From an uncultured bacterium (lineage in GTDB: Bacteria; Fidelibacterota; Marinisomatia; Marinisomatales; TCS55), in the NCBI GenBank assembly GCA_964510385.1, contig CAZECA010000001.1, positions 17,340 through 81,339 of the forward strand: a stretch of 64,000 bases of DNA, in the 5' to 3' direction. Every line of letters starts with the position of its first letter. Positions within the stretch are counted from its first letter, which is position 1. Positions 10,278-18,520 of the stretch are shown here, in pieces. Both the position numbers and the translations under genes were made by a program. The notes under the pieces are model-generated. The model had not been told where the DNA came from. It saw only the letters and a list, made by a program, of their open reading frames with translations, and made no database searches.

Positions 10278-11266
10278 TAATGAAGACCTTCCAGGATCAT
10301 TTCGTGGATTTTTGTAGCCACATCCAAGGCTTCCCTGCCGGAACTGCCATCCACGATGGGTGATTCATCACCATTAACAGCAGATATGAAATTGGCCAGT
10401 TCCCTTTCCAGGGCATCAAATTGATTTACATCTGGTTTTTCATAAACAATCTTCTTATGGTTCCCGTATGCATCCAAGGCCGCAGATTCAATGGCATCCG
10501 GATTGTCTTGGTCCTCATCCAGCACACGATAAACCTCTGTAAGCCCCAATAACAAATCAATAGTAGCGTACATCTCTTTCTGGAACACCTTGATCTTGCG
10601 GATCTTGTTACGGGCAATCCTACTGGAGGTAATATTGGCCACAGTTCCATTTTCGAACCGTAGACGGGCATTGGCAATATCCACGGAATCGGATAAGATA
10701 GATACGCCGCTGGCCCGAATATTTTTTACTGGGTATTCTACCAATGACAATATAATATCAATGTCATGTATCATAAGATCAAGCACAACAGGAACATCTG
10801 TGCCCCGCACAGTATAAGGAGCTAACCGCTGAACCTCAATGAATTTTGGGTTCAAGTCCAATTCCCTCAAAGGTATTAGGGCAGGGTTAAGCCGTTCAAT
10901 ATGCCCTACCTGGATGAGAACATTCTGTTCTTTAGCCATATTAATGAGTTCATCCGCTTCAGCAACTGTTTTGGTTATGGGTTTTTCAATAAAGACGTGT
11001 TTCCCGGACGAAATGCATTTTGCAGCTATTTCTGCATGAGTTGGTGTTGGGGTAACTATTGAGAGAGCATCCACGTTTTCTAGCATTTCCTCAAGGGAAT
11101 CAAAATTATTGCATCCGAATTCCTGCGAGACCCCTACTGCCCTATCATCATCGATATCTGTGATACCAGATAAATAAGCATCGGTACGGGTAGCAAGGTG
11201 CTTGACGTGATGGTAGCCCAAGTGGCCAACCCCCACAACACCGATCTTTGGAAAATGATCATCCAT
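10277..11266 (-). CDS. Gfo/Idh/MocA oxidoreductase, GnnA-like (UDP-GlcNAc 3-dehydrogenase candidate)
   Basis: GVVGVGHLG, KHVFIEKP, QVGHIERLNP, DVPVVLDLMIHDID motifs; first gene of the lpxB operon. Confidence 0.85.
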   Translation of the reverse strand: MDDHFPKIGVVGVGHLGYHHVKHLATRTDAYLSGITDIDDDRAVGVSQEFGCNNFDSLEEMLENVDALSIVTPTPTHAEIAAKCISSGKHVFIEKPITKTVAEADELINMAKEQNVLIQVGHIERLNPALIPLRELDLNPKFIEVQRLAPYTVRGTDVPVVLDLMIHDIDIILSLVEYPVKNIRASGVSILSDSVDIANARLRFENGTVANITSSRIARNKIRKIKVFQKEMYATIDLLLGLTEVYRVLDEDQDNPDAIESAALDAYGNHKKIVYEKPDVNQFDALERELANFISAVNGDESPIVDGSSGREALDVATKIHEMILEGLH

Positions 11267-11427
11267 AATAAGATGGGGAAATTACACTTCTACACTATTA
11301 TGATAATAAGTGTTCCCTAAAAAGCTAAATGAGGAATTTTCTTGCATTTCCTTCAGAAAACGTCCAATTTTCAGACATAATCGAGGTAAGTCCATTTACA
11401 TGAAACAAGTAAATAGCCAAAGCTGAC

Positions 11428-12009
11428 ATGGCATCAAACATAAGATCTGGTATTAGTTTTCTGATACCTCTTGGGGCCATTGTTGGTTTCGTGTTATCCA
11501 TTTTAGGTGAGAACTATATATTGGGTATCTTTTTTGCTGTGGCCGGGGTTCTCGTTTGGTTGCTCTATCTTGCGGTCATGGATACAGCTGCTCCAGACAC
11601 CATGGGCAATTTCATCATTCTTTTTGGGGTGTTGCTTGCGTTGGCAGTATTCATGAATTTTGGTTGGGAGCAGAATATCTGGGGAGGAATTGAATTCAAG
11701 GCAGAAGGGTCGGTCATGGCGCTGCTTGTCTTGTTCTTTGGTACTTTGAGTGGTGTTTTATACCGTCAAAGACTCAATACTGAAGGACAACAATTAACGG
11801 TCCGGGAACAGGAATTGGTGGACAGAGCCATCCAAGGCGAAGAGGATACTAGGGTGATTGTTGTGAAACAGGAATCAGACGAGGTGGATGAAGATGAAGA
11901 GGATGAGGATGATTATGATGAATACGATGAATATGATTATTCATATCCCTATTATTTTGATGAGGATGACGAATATGAATACGTTTATGAGGAGAATGAT
12001 GAGGACTGA
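11428..12009 (+). CDS. Hypothetical membrane protein with Asp/Glu/Tyr-rich cytoplasmic tail
   Basis: Four hydrophobic segments, then DEVDEDEEDEDDYDEYDEYDYSYPYYFDEDDEYEYVYEENDED. Confidence 0.75.
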   Translation: MASNIRSGISFLIPLGAIVGFVLSILGENYILGIFFAVAGVLVWLLYLAVMDTAAPDTMGNFIILFGVLLALAVFMNFGWEQNIWGGIEFKAEGSVMALLVLFFGTLSGVLYRQRLNTEGQQLTVREQELVDRAIQGEEDTRVIVVKQESDEVDEDEEDEDDYDEYDEYDYSYPYYFDEDDEYEYVYEENDED

Positions 12010-12039
12010 CAGATCCTCAAACATAGAAACATTTTGGTG

Positions 12040-12061
12040 GGGCAGTTTACTGCCCTTTTTT
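12040..12061 (+). terminator. Intrinsic terminator hairpin between convergent genes
   Basis: GGGCAG-TTTA-CTGCCC followed by TTTTTT. Confidence 0.7.
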
Positions 12062-12536
12062 ATTTCCTATCTGTCCCAGTCATAGCTAACACTATATTTG
12101 TGCTGCCGATGAATGCCCTGTGCTGGGCCAAGGTAGCTTTCGTATAATAATAGATAGTCAATATATAAAAAATGTGAAACCACCATTCGCTCACCTTTCC
12201 CAGAAAATAAGCTCCATCTAAAATAACAGCTGCCATAAACAGCATGGTCACCATCATGGTGGGTGGATAAAGAGTTCGCTTGATCCCTAAAATACCTTTA
12301 TAGAATTTGTCCCCGATCTCCGGGTGAGTGTGAGTGTACTCTTTAATATTCACTCCTGTTCCAACAAAAAAGAACATGACGAGCGTTTGAGCGGCAATGA
12401 ATATGATACTCACCAGCAAGTCAAGAGTGATATGATTTGTGGGCCAGATGTTGAAATAGTGGTTCACTCCCACAAAGACAAGCCCAATGCCGGACAGAGT
12501 CACTAGAACGTAGGATGTTATCATAAAGAAAAACAT
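12060..12536 (-). CDS. Hypothetical membrane protein (about 4 TM)
   Basis: 158-aa hydrophobic ORF 8 nt downstream of ychF on the same strand. Confidence 0.7.
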   Translation of the reverse strand: MFFFMITSYVLVTLSGIGLVFVGVNHYFNIWPTNHITLDLLVSIIFIAAQTLVMFFFVGTGVNIKEYTHTHPEIGDKFYKGILGIKRTLYPPTMMVTMLFMAAVILDGAYFLGKVSEWWFHIFYILTIYYYTKATLAQHRAFIGSTNIVLAMTGTDRK

Positions 12537-12544
12537 GCTAGAAC

Positions 12545-13645
12545 CTACACATTGAAATGAAAATAAATGCAGTCTCCTTCATCCACCACATAGTCCTTAC
12601 CCTGAAGTTTGGCGAGCCCGGCATCCTTCACAGCTTTCTCCGATCCTAGCTTAACTAAATCGTCAAATTTGATGACCTCTGCTTTTATAAAACCACGCTG
12701 AAAATCAGTATGGATCTCTCCGGCGGCTTCCGGAGCTGTGGCGCCCTGTTTAATGGTCCAGGCCCGAACTTCCTTGTCACCACCGGTGAAGAATGTTTCC
12801 AGCTCCAGCAACCGAAATCCAGCGTGAATAAGCTTATGGAGCCCCGGTTCCGATAGATTATATTCTTCTAGGAATGGAGCTTTTTCATCATCAGACAATA
12901 CAGCGATCTCCTGTTCCAGTTTTCCGCATAAACGAATAGCCAGGTTGCCTTCTTTTTCAGCAAAGTCAACCAATTCTTCTTCAAGCGCACCTCTTTGATC
13001 ATGGGTGATCTCTGTTTCATCCACATTGGCCACATATAATATGGGTTTTCGTGTTAACAAGTGCAGGGAGCGGACAATTATTGTTTCTTCTTCATTGGCC
13101 TGGAATGTTCTGGCTCGATGGCCTTCATTGCAATGAACCAACAAACGTCGTATTACATCAAATTCTTTTTGTTCCTGTTTGCCTCCAGACTTAGCGGCTT
13201 TCTCCGCCTTGAACACTCGTTTCTCCAGAGTTTCTAGGTCCGCTAACAAAAGTTCTGTCTCGATCAATTCCGCGTCTCTAACCGGGTCAACCACGCCTTC
13301 TACATGAGTTACGTTTCTATCATCAAAGCACCTGATAACATGAATAATTGCAGCGACTTGTCTGATCTGCCCCAGGAATTGATTTCCCAAGCCCTCACCT
13401 TTGCTGGCACCACGTACGAGACCGGCAATATCAATGAATTCAACTGTGGCAGGCGTGACCCTTTCAGGGTTAAATATTTTGGCCAGGTCAGCCAACCGCG
13501 GGTCAGGCAGTTCTACGATGCCAACATGAGGATCAATTGTGCAAAATGGGTAATTCTCGGCCGGGACAGAGGAAGCTGTCAGGGCATTAAAAATTGTGGA
13601 CTTCCCAACATTGGGGAGCCCAACAATACCGCATCGAAGTGCCAT
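12545..13645 (-). CDS. ychF: Redox-regulated ATPase YchF (Obg family)
   Basis: GIVGLPNVGKST, NYPFCTIDP, DIAGLV, C-terminal AGEIHTDFQRGFIKAEV...YVVDEGDCIYFHFNV. Confidence 0.98.
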   Translation of the reverse strand: MALRCGIVGLPNVGKSTIFNALTASSVPAENYPFCTIDPHVGIVELPDPRLADLAKIFNPERVTPATVEFIDIAGLVRGASKGEGLGNQFLGQIRQVAAIIHVIRCFDDRNVTHVEGVVDPVRDAELIETELLLADLETLEKRVFKAEKAAKSGGKQEQKEFDVIRRLLVHCNEGHRARTFQANEEETIIVRSLHLLTRKPILYVANVDETEITHDQRGALEEELVDFAEKEGNLAIRLCGKLEQEIAVLSDDEKAPFLEEYNLSEPGLHKLIHAGFRLLELETFFTGGDKEVRAWTIKQGATAPEAAGEIHTDFQRGFIKAEVIKFDDLVKLGSEKAVKDAGLAKLQGKDYVVDEGDCIYFHFNV

Positions 13646-13667
13646 GTTTTATTGAAGAAATACTTTG

Positions 13668-14213
13668 TTAAAATGGGTCAAGTGCGGGGTCCATACCGGA
13701 ATCCCACACCAGTTTATCAAATAGTCCTACCTGAAGATCTTTGGCGAAATATATGGCTTTATCTTTTACTTTTAATACCGCATCTCCCCAAGCCATAAAG
13801 GTAGGCTTGGTAATGAACCTTCTAATATCAATTTCATAGGTGATCATTGTATGATACGGACGAACCTGACCTTTGAATTTGACATTTTTTACGCCAAGGG
13901 CCCTTCCCCGACCTTTACCGCCGGTCCATGAAAGAAAAAATCCAACCAACTGCCAGAAACCATCCACCCCAAGACACCCAGGCATGACAGGATCATTTTT
14001 AAAATGACAATCAAAAAACCAATTGTTTGGATTAATGTCTAATTCCGCCTTTATGTAACCGTTCCCATACTTACCACCATCATCATTGATTTCTACAATG
14101 CGATCCATCATCAGCATAGGGGGAGTAGGTAGTTTGCCGTTGGCTTTGCCGAACATTTTTCCGGTCCCAATATCCAAGAGGTCTTGTTTGGTGAATGAGG
14201 ATTTCTTTTTCAT
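13668..14213 (-). CDS. fabA: 3-hydroxydecanoyl-ACP dehydratase/isomerase FabA
   Basis: LPTPPMLMMDRI, WFFDCHFKNDPVMPGCLGVDGFWQLVGFFL (His plus Asp dyad of FabA; FabZ has Glu), GRGRALGV. Confidence 0.92.
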   Translation of the reverse strand: MKKKSSFTKQDLLDIGTGKMFGKANGKLPTPPMLMMDRIVEINDDGGKYGNGYIKAELDINPNNWFFDCHFKNDPVMPGCLGVDGFWQLVGFFLSWTGGKGRGRALGVKNVKFKGQVRPYHTMITYEIDIRRFITKPTFMAWGDAVLKVKDKAIYFAKDLQVGLFDKLVWDSGMDPALDPF

Positions 14214-14340
14214 TTAAGATCCTTTTTTATAAGAATAGAATTTACACAAGATTGCAGGAACCCTCATTATTCTTTTGTGATCATGGTTTGCGGTGGGCGT
14301 TGTCTTACCTAAATTCATACCGTAATTAATGGAGCAATAC

Positions 14341-15123
14341 ATGTCCGAATGGGTACTATTATTAGGTGGGTCAACCGGCCACGGAGCGGCAACAGCTAAA
14401 CGTCTTGCAAAAGATGGATACGGCATTATCGCATTTCATTTTGATCGGGGTGAAGCAAAAAAGATTGCTGAAGAAACAATTTCGGAGGTCAATGAATCAT
14501 CTGGTGGCCGTTGTCATTATTTTAATACCAATGCTGCCTCGCAAGAGGCCATGGAAAAATTTATTCCCCAGATTAGCGAGATCACGGGTGGGCAGCCATT
14601 GAAAATGTTGCTCCATTCAATCGCCTTTGGCACCACCACCAATTTTTTTGGTGAAAAACCGGTAAACCAGAAACAAATGGATATGACGGTTCATGTTATG
14701 GGGAATTCTTTACTCTACTGGACACAAAAATTGTACAACGTAGGACTGCTTGGCCAAGGATCAAGAATACTAGGCCTGACCAGTGAAGGAAATTATGTGG
14801 CCATGGAAGGTTATGGTCCAGTGAGCGTTGCCAAGGTGGCTATGGAAGCGATCATTCGACAGATAGGATGGGAGTTGGGTCAGTACGGGATAACCGCCAA
14901 CGCGGTCCAGGCAGGCGTAACACCTACGCGAGCACTGACCAAAATCACAGAAAATTGGGAGGACTGGGTAGAAAATACGAAAAAACGAAATCCCATGCGT
15001 CGCACTACCACACCGGAAGACGTTGCAAACACTATCTCACTTTTACTGCGTCCTGGAGCAGATTTTATTAATTGTTCTATTATTTATTGCGACGGCGGTG
15101 AAAGCCGTTCGGGTTCATTTTAA
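14341..15123 (+). CDS. SDR-family enoyl-ACP reductase, FabL-like
   Basis: LLGGSTGHG; catalytic YGPVSVAK has the YxxxxxxK spacing of FabI/FabL; NAVQAGVTPT. Start set at ATG 14341 after GGAG; the ORF track starts at 14329. Confidence 0.75.
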   Translation: MSEWVLLLGGSTGHGAATAKRLAKDGYGIIAFHFDRGEAKKIAEETISEVNESSGGRCHYFNTNAASQEAMEKFIPQISEITGGQPLKMLLHSIAFGTTTNFFGEKPVNQKQMDMTVHVMGNSLLYWTQKLYNVGLLGQGSRILGLTSEGNYVAMEGYGPVSVAKVAMEAIIRQIGWELGQYGITANAVQAGVTPTRALTKITENWEDWVENTKKRNPMRRTTTPEDVANTISLLLRPGADFINCSIIYCDGGESRSGSF

Positions 15124-15136
15124 AAGAAATTTCTAC

Positions 15137-15511
15137 TTACGATTCGGTGTTTTGGAGGTCTGCGCGTTTACGCAGCAGGAAAACCATATCATAATGTTGT
15201 TTGGTCGGCATTAGATCAAAACAGGTTTCGGCCTCTTTCAAGGCATAATTCCACCAATCTTTTTTTGTATACATTAATGCAAGATTATAATGAGCGTTGG
15301 CCAGCATTTCATATTCGTCTCGGCTCAACAATTTAATATCGCTGGGCAATAGCCGTGTGACCTCCCTGAACTCTAATATAGCCTCATCTACTAATCCCTT
15401 TTGCCCATACCATTGGCCAAGTTGTAAATGACGGCCGGGACCGTCTTTGCAGCCAAAAATAGTCAGGGCAACAAAAACAGCAATAAGAGTGTTTTTTAAA
15501 TTAGTGTTCAT
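15137..15511 (-). CDS. TPR-containing lipoprotein
   Basis: Lipobox LTIFG-C; TPR-like helices HLQLGQWYGQKGLVDEAILEF and AHYNLALMYTKK. Confidence 0.75.
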   Translation of the reverse strand: MNTNLKNTLIAVFVALTIFGCKDGPGRHLQLGQWYGQKGLVDEAILEFREVTRLLPSDIKLLSRDEYEMLANAHYNLALMYTKKDWWNYALKEAETCFDLMPTKQHYDMVFLLRKRADLQNTES

Positions 15512-15574
15512 CCTCGGATACCTTAGTGGAATTTCATGGCGCTCCGTCAGTAAAACAAGGAAAAATTCAAAAAA

Positions 15575-16834
15575 TTATCCTTCTTTATGAGGCGCCAAAC
15601 TAGGTTCTTTAACCCAGAAATGGAGCAAGACCAAACCAATGAAAATAATCATACCCAATATTATAAACAGATTACGGGTGCCGATAATTGGATCAAGAAC
15701 ACTGGCAAAAATAATCATCACTACAATGAATGGAGCGAGGAAGGTATCGATAAGGGCCATATAAATTTTGCTGTCACGGGTATCGGCAAATTCATACACC
15801 ATGTTCATAGCAGAAGGCATAAATCCTCCATGTCCAAATCCTAAAAACAAAAAGATAGCATAAACATGAACCATGTTTGTTGCAAAAACGGTCGAAACGA
15901 CTGCCAACAAATAACCAGAAAAAGAAAGTGTAATCGCCATCTTGTGTCCCCACCTGTCGCCTATTTTACCGGAAAAAATACTTCCTAATCCAAAAGTGAT
16001 GACCTGTAAAACAATAAATATACCAGCTTCACTGACCTGGAAACCAAAGAGGTCTTGTGTGTAAACTGCATACAAGCTCATTGCCGGAAAGTGGGCAGTT
16101 ATGAAAATGCGGCTAAAAAGGTATTTCCTAAAATTACTGTGCGTCGTGATTATTGAACGGGTATCTTTCCAGACCTCTAATATGGTCTTGTGTGGCAATG
16201 TGCTTGGCTTGTCATCTACATTATAAAATATGTATACCAGCACTCCCAAAGTCATGGTCGCCCCCATAATGATGAACCCCCAACCAAAATCGGCTGGAAA
16301 CGATAACCTGCCATCCAGAAGTACCTTTACAATGATTCCGCCGATAAATCCACCAATGCTGTTAAATGCAAACGAAATCCCTAGATAATGCCCCCTTGAT
16401 TCTCTAGGGAATACATGGCCAAGAAAATCTGTCCAGATGGGAATAATAAATCCCAGGGCAAGACAATAAAAAATAAAACACATATAATAGTATACCCAAG
16501 CATCCGGACCCGCAGGGGCAAAAAACGCAAACAGGAAACCGGCAATAAAAATGGGCGGCAGAACAAGACTATGCGCCAGAAGGACAGCCCGTTGAATATT
16601 GCGAATGTTTCGTGCTATCACAGCCGAAAAAAACATGGGGAATGCAATCAAAATACTAAATAATCCAGCAACTGAAATAATGACCCCATTTGGGGCACCC
16701 AACTTTTTTAAGAAAAGAGGTATAATCGCATACGTAGAATGAAATGCAATCCCAAATCCCCAGCAAAATTCGTGAATGCAATTATAGAATAGATTTTGTG
16801 AAAGACGTTTCTGGTTCAGATCAGACATTCGCAT
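15575..16834 (-). CDS. MFS transporter
   Basis: 419 aa, about 12 TM; loop motif SGKIGDRWGHK. Confidence 0.9.
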   Translation of the reverse strand: MRMSDLNQKRLSQNLFYNCIHEFCWGFGIAFHSTYAIIPLFLKKLGAPNGVIISVAGLFSILIAFPMFFSAVIARNIRNIQRAVLLAHSLVLPPIFIAGFLFAFFAPAGPDAWVYYYMCFIFYCLALGFIIPIWTDFLGHVFPRESRGHYLGISFAFNSIGGFIGGIIVKVLLDGRLSFPADFGWGFIIMGATMTLGVLVYIFYNVDDKPSTLPHKTILEVWKDTRSIITTHSNFRKYLFSRIFITAHFPAMSLYAVYTQDLFGFQVSEAGIFIVLQVITFGLGSIFSGKIGDRWGHKMAITLSFSGYLLAVVSTVFATNMVHVYAIFLFLGFGHGGFMPSAMNMVYEFADTRDSKIYMALIDTFLAPFIVVMIIFASVLDPIIGTRNLFIILGMIIFIGLVLLHFWVKEPSLAPHKEG

Positions 16835-17723
16835 TCTGACGTTCCTGTGTCAGCAGTATGATGGAAGCCAGCAACACAATGGCGCCGGCCGCCTGAGCTG
16901 GAGACATGGCTCGTCCTCTGATAAACCAATCCACACAAATAGCTGAAAGAGGCCAAAATAATTCATAGATAGTAGTGTGGGAGGCTGGCAAATGGTTCAA
17001 TCCATAATAATAAATGAAAAGCGCCACCGCGCCAGTAGAAACAACAATGGTCCCAAGAGCAAGCCATTGAGAAGATTCTATAGAACGAAATGCAGAAACA
17101 TCCTGAATAAATATCAGAGCAACGCCAGCCAGAATGGCTGTGGTTGATAATCGTAAAGCTGTCACAACCTGGAAAGGGAGTTTATTCAATGCGTGCTTTC
17201 CCAAAACAGTAGAGCTCCCCCAGCTAAAGGCAGCCAACATCGCAAGGAGCGATGCAATGGTAGTCTTATCGTCCCAAGCGGCCATGGGTGCTGTACCAAA
17301 GCTGACCAGATACCCTCCAATAAAAGCGCTGGACGCAAGCAGCAGGAATCGCTTGGTCAATCTTTCTTTTAAAATAACAGCTGCTAATACAATGGCAAAC
17401 ACTGGCTGGAATTTTTGTAATAGAACGACCACAGACAGATCAATATAATTGACATAGCTCAGGGCCTTGGTATAGAAAAATGTTCCCAGAATTCCACCGC
17501 ACACGCTGATCCAGAGGACGGATCCCCAACCGCGCTGATCTAATGATTTTATTTGGGTCCATTCTCTAACGAGAAACGGTAAAAAAAGAATTGCTCCAAA
17601 AAGATGTTCCAATGTTATGATGGTAAAAGAAGAGATACCATATAGCTCTTGCCGTAGAAACCCGTCTAGGCTCCAAAGCATAGCCGCAGTAATCACAGCT
17701 AATGGTGGAAGGTATTTTTTCAC
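16821..17723 (-). CDS. DMT/EamA family transporter
   Basis: 300 aa, about 10 TM in two repeats; LAAVILKERL, AFSWGSSTVLGK. Confidence 0.9.
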   Translation of the reverse strand: MKKYLPPLAVITAAMLWSLDGFLRQELYGISSFTIITLEHLFGAILFLPFLVREWTQIKSLDQRGWGSVLWISVCGGILGTFFYTKALSYVNYIDLSVVVLLQKFQPVFAIVLAAVILKERLTKRFLLLASSAFIGGYLVSFGTAPMAAWDDKTTIASLLAMLAAFSWGSSTVLGKHALNKLPFQVVTALRLSTTAILAGVALIFIQDVSAFRSIESSQWLALGTIVVSTGAVALFIYYYGLNHLPASHTTIYELFWPLSAICVDWFIRGRAMSPAQAAGAIVLLASIILLTQERQNANV

Positions 17724-17770
17724 GGACGGGAAATTAATGCAAGGGAAAGTCTAAATATACTAAATAAGTA

Positions 17771-18328
17771 TTAAGCTGATCCTCCCAGCCCAGAGAACTC
17801 CGACAGGTCTATGCCAAAGGATTTTGCAGCCACATCCCACATAAATTTTTCATCCGTGTGAAACACAAAGTCTGATGTAGTATTCTGGAGGAGCCAATCG
17901 CCGTTCTCAATCTCTGCTTCCAACTGATATTTTGCCCAACCAGAGTGCCCAAGCATGAGCTTGAATTGTTTCGGTCCCTTACCATCGGCAATATCCTGGA
18001 TGATATCTTTATTGCTGGTCAGGGAGAATTTATCGCCAATCTTGATGGTGCTTTTCACTCTATATTCGGATGAATGCAAGACGATGCCCCGTTCAACCAT
18101 CACCGGCCCTCCAAAATATACTTCTGGGACCAGTTTCAAAATATCATCATTCTCCGGGAAAAAATCTTCAAACATTTCCTTCAGTTCAGGCGTTTCAAAG
18201 GGTTTGTTTACAATGAAGCCTAGAGCCCCATCTGCATTATGTTCACAGATTAAGATCACAGCTCTACCAAAATAGGGATCCCGCATATGGGGCATTGATA
18301 TGATGATCTGGTTTTTCAGTGATGCCAT
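17771..18328 (-). CDS. YqgE/AlgH family protein (UPF0301)
   Basis: DPYFGRAVILICEHNADGALG, FGGPV, LGHSGWAKYQLEAEIENGDW. Confidence 0.93.
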   Translation of the reverse strand: MASLKNQIIISMPHMRDPYFGRAVILICEHNADGALGFIVNKPFETPELKEMFEDFFPENDDILKLVPEVYFGGPVMVERGIVLHSSEYRVKSTIKIGDKFSLTSNKDIIQDIADGKGPKQFKLMLGHSGWAKYQLEAEIENGDWLLQNTTSDFVFHTDEKFMWDVAAKSFGIDLSEFSGLGGSA

Positions 18329-18520
18329 TGATCAAATGTACCTTGTATTGTAAGGAGAAGCAAGGTGATTGGAGAGGGCTATAATCCATAATCATCATTA
18401 ATTAAAATTTTATATATATCTCTTTGCTCATAGTAAGATAATAGTAAATGGTTTTATGAAAACGGCTGAAAAGGTTGTAAATTCTAGGCTGCCGTTTCGG
18501 AATGGAAAAGTAAGAGTAAA

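Noticed and set aside
11292-11313. ACAC-TATTAT-G-ATAATA-A-GTGT near-palindrome as a Fur box
   Set aside because: The half-sites are in the opposite order to the Fur 7-1-7 consensus and the context is AT-rich
13304-13798. 164-aa plus-strand ORF
   Set aside because: Antisense to ychF and fabA with no recognisable motif; treated as a shadow ORF
18460-18497. AAACGGC-N24-GCCGTTT inverted repeat upstream of uvrA as an SOS box
   Set aside because: Only 7 bp, matches no LexA box I know, and I saw no second copy upstream of ruvB
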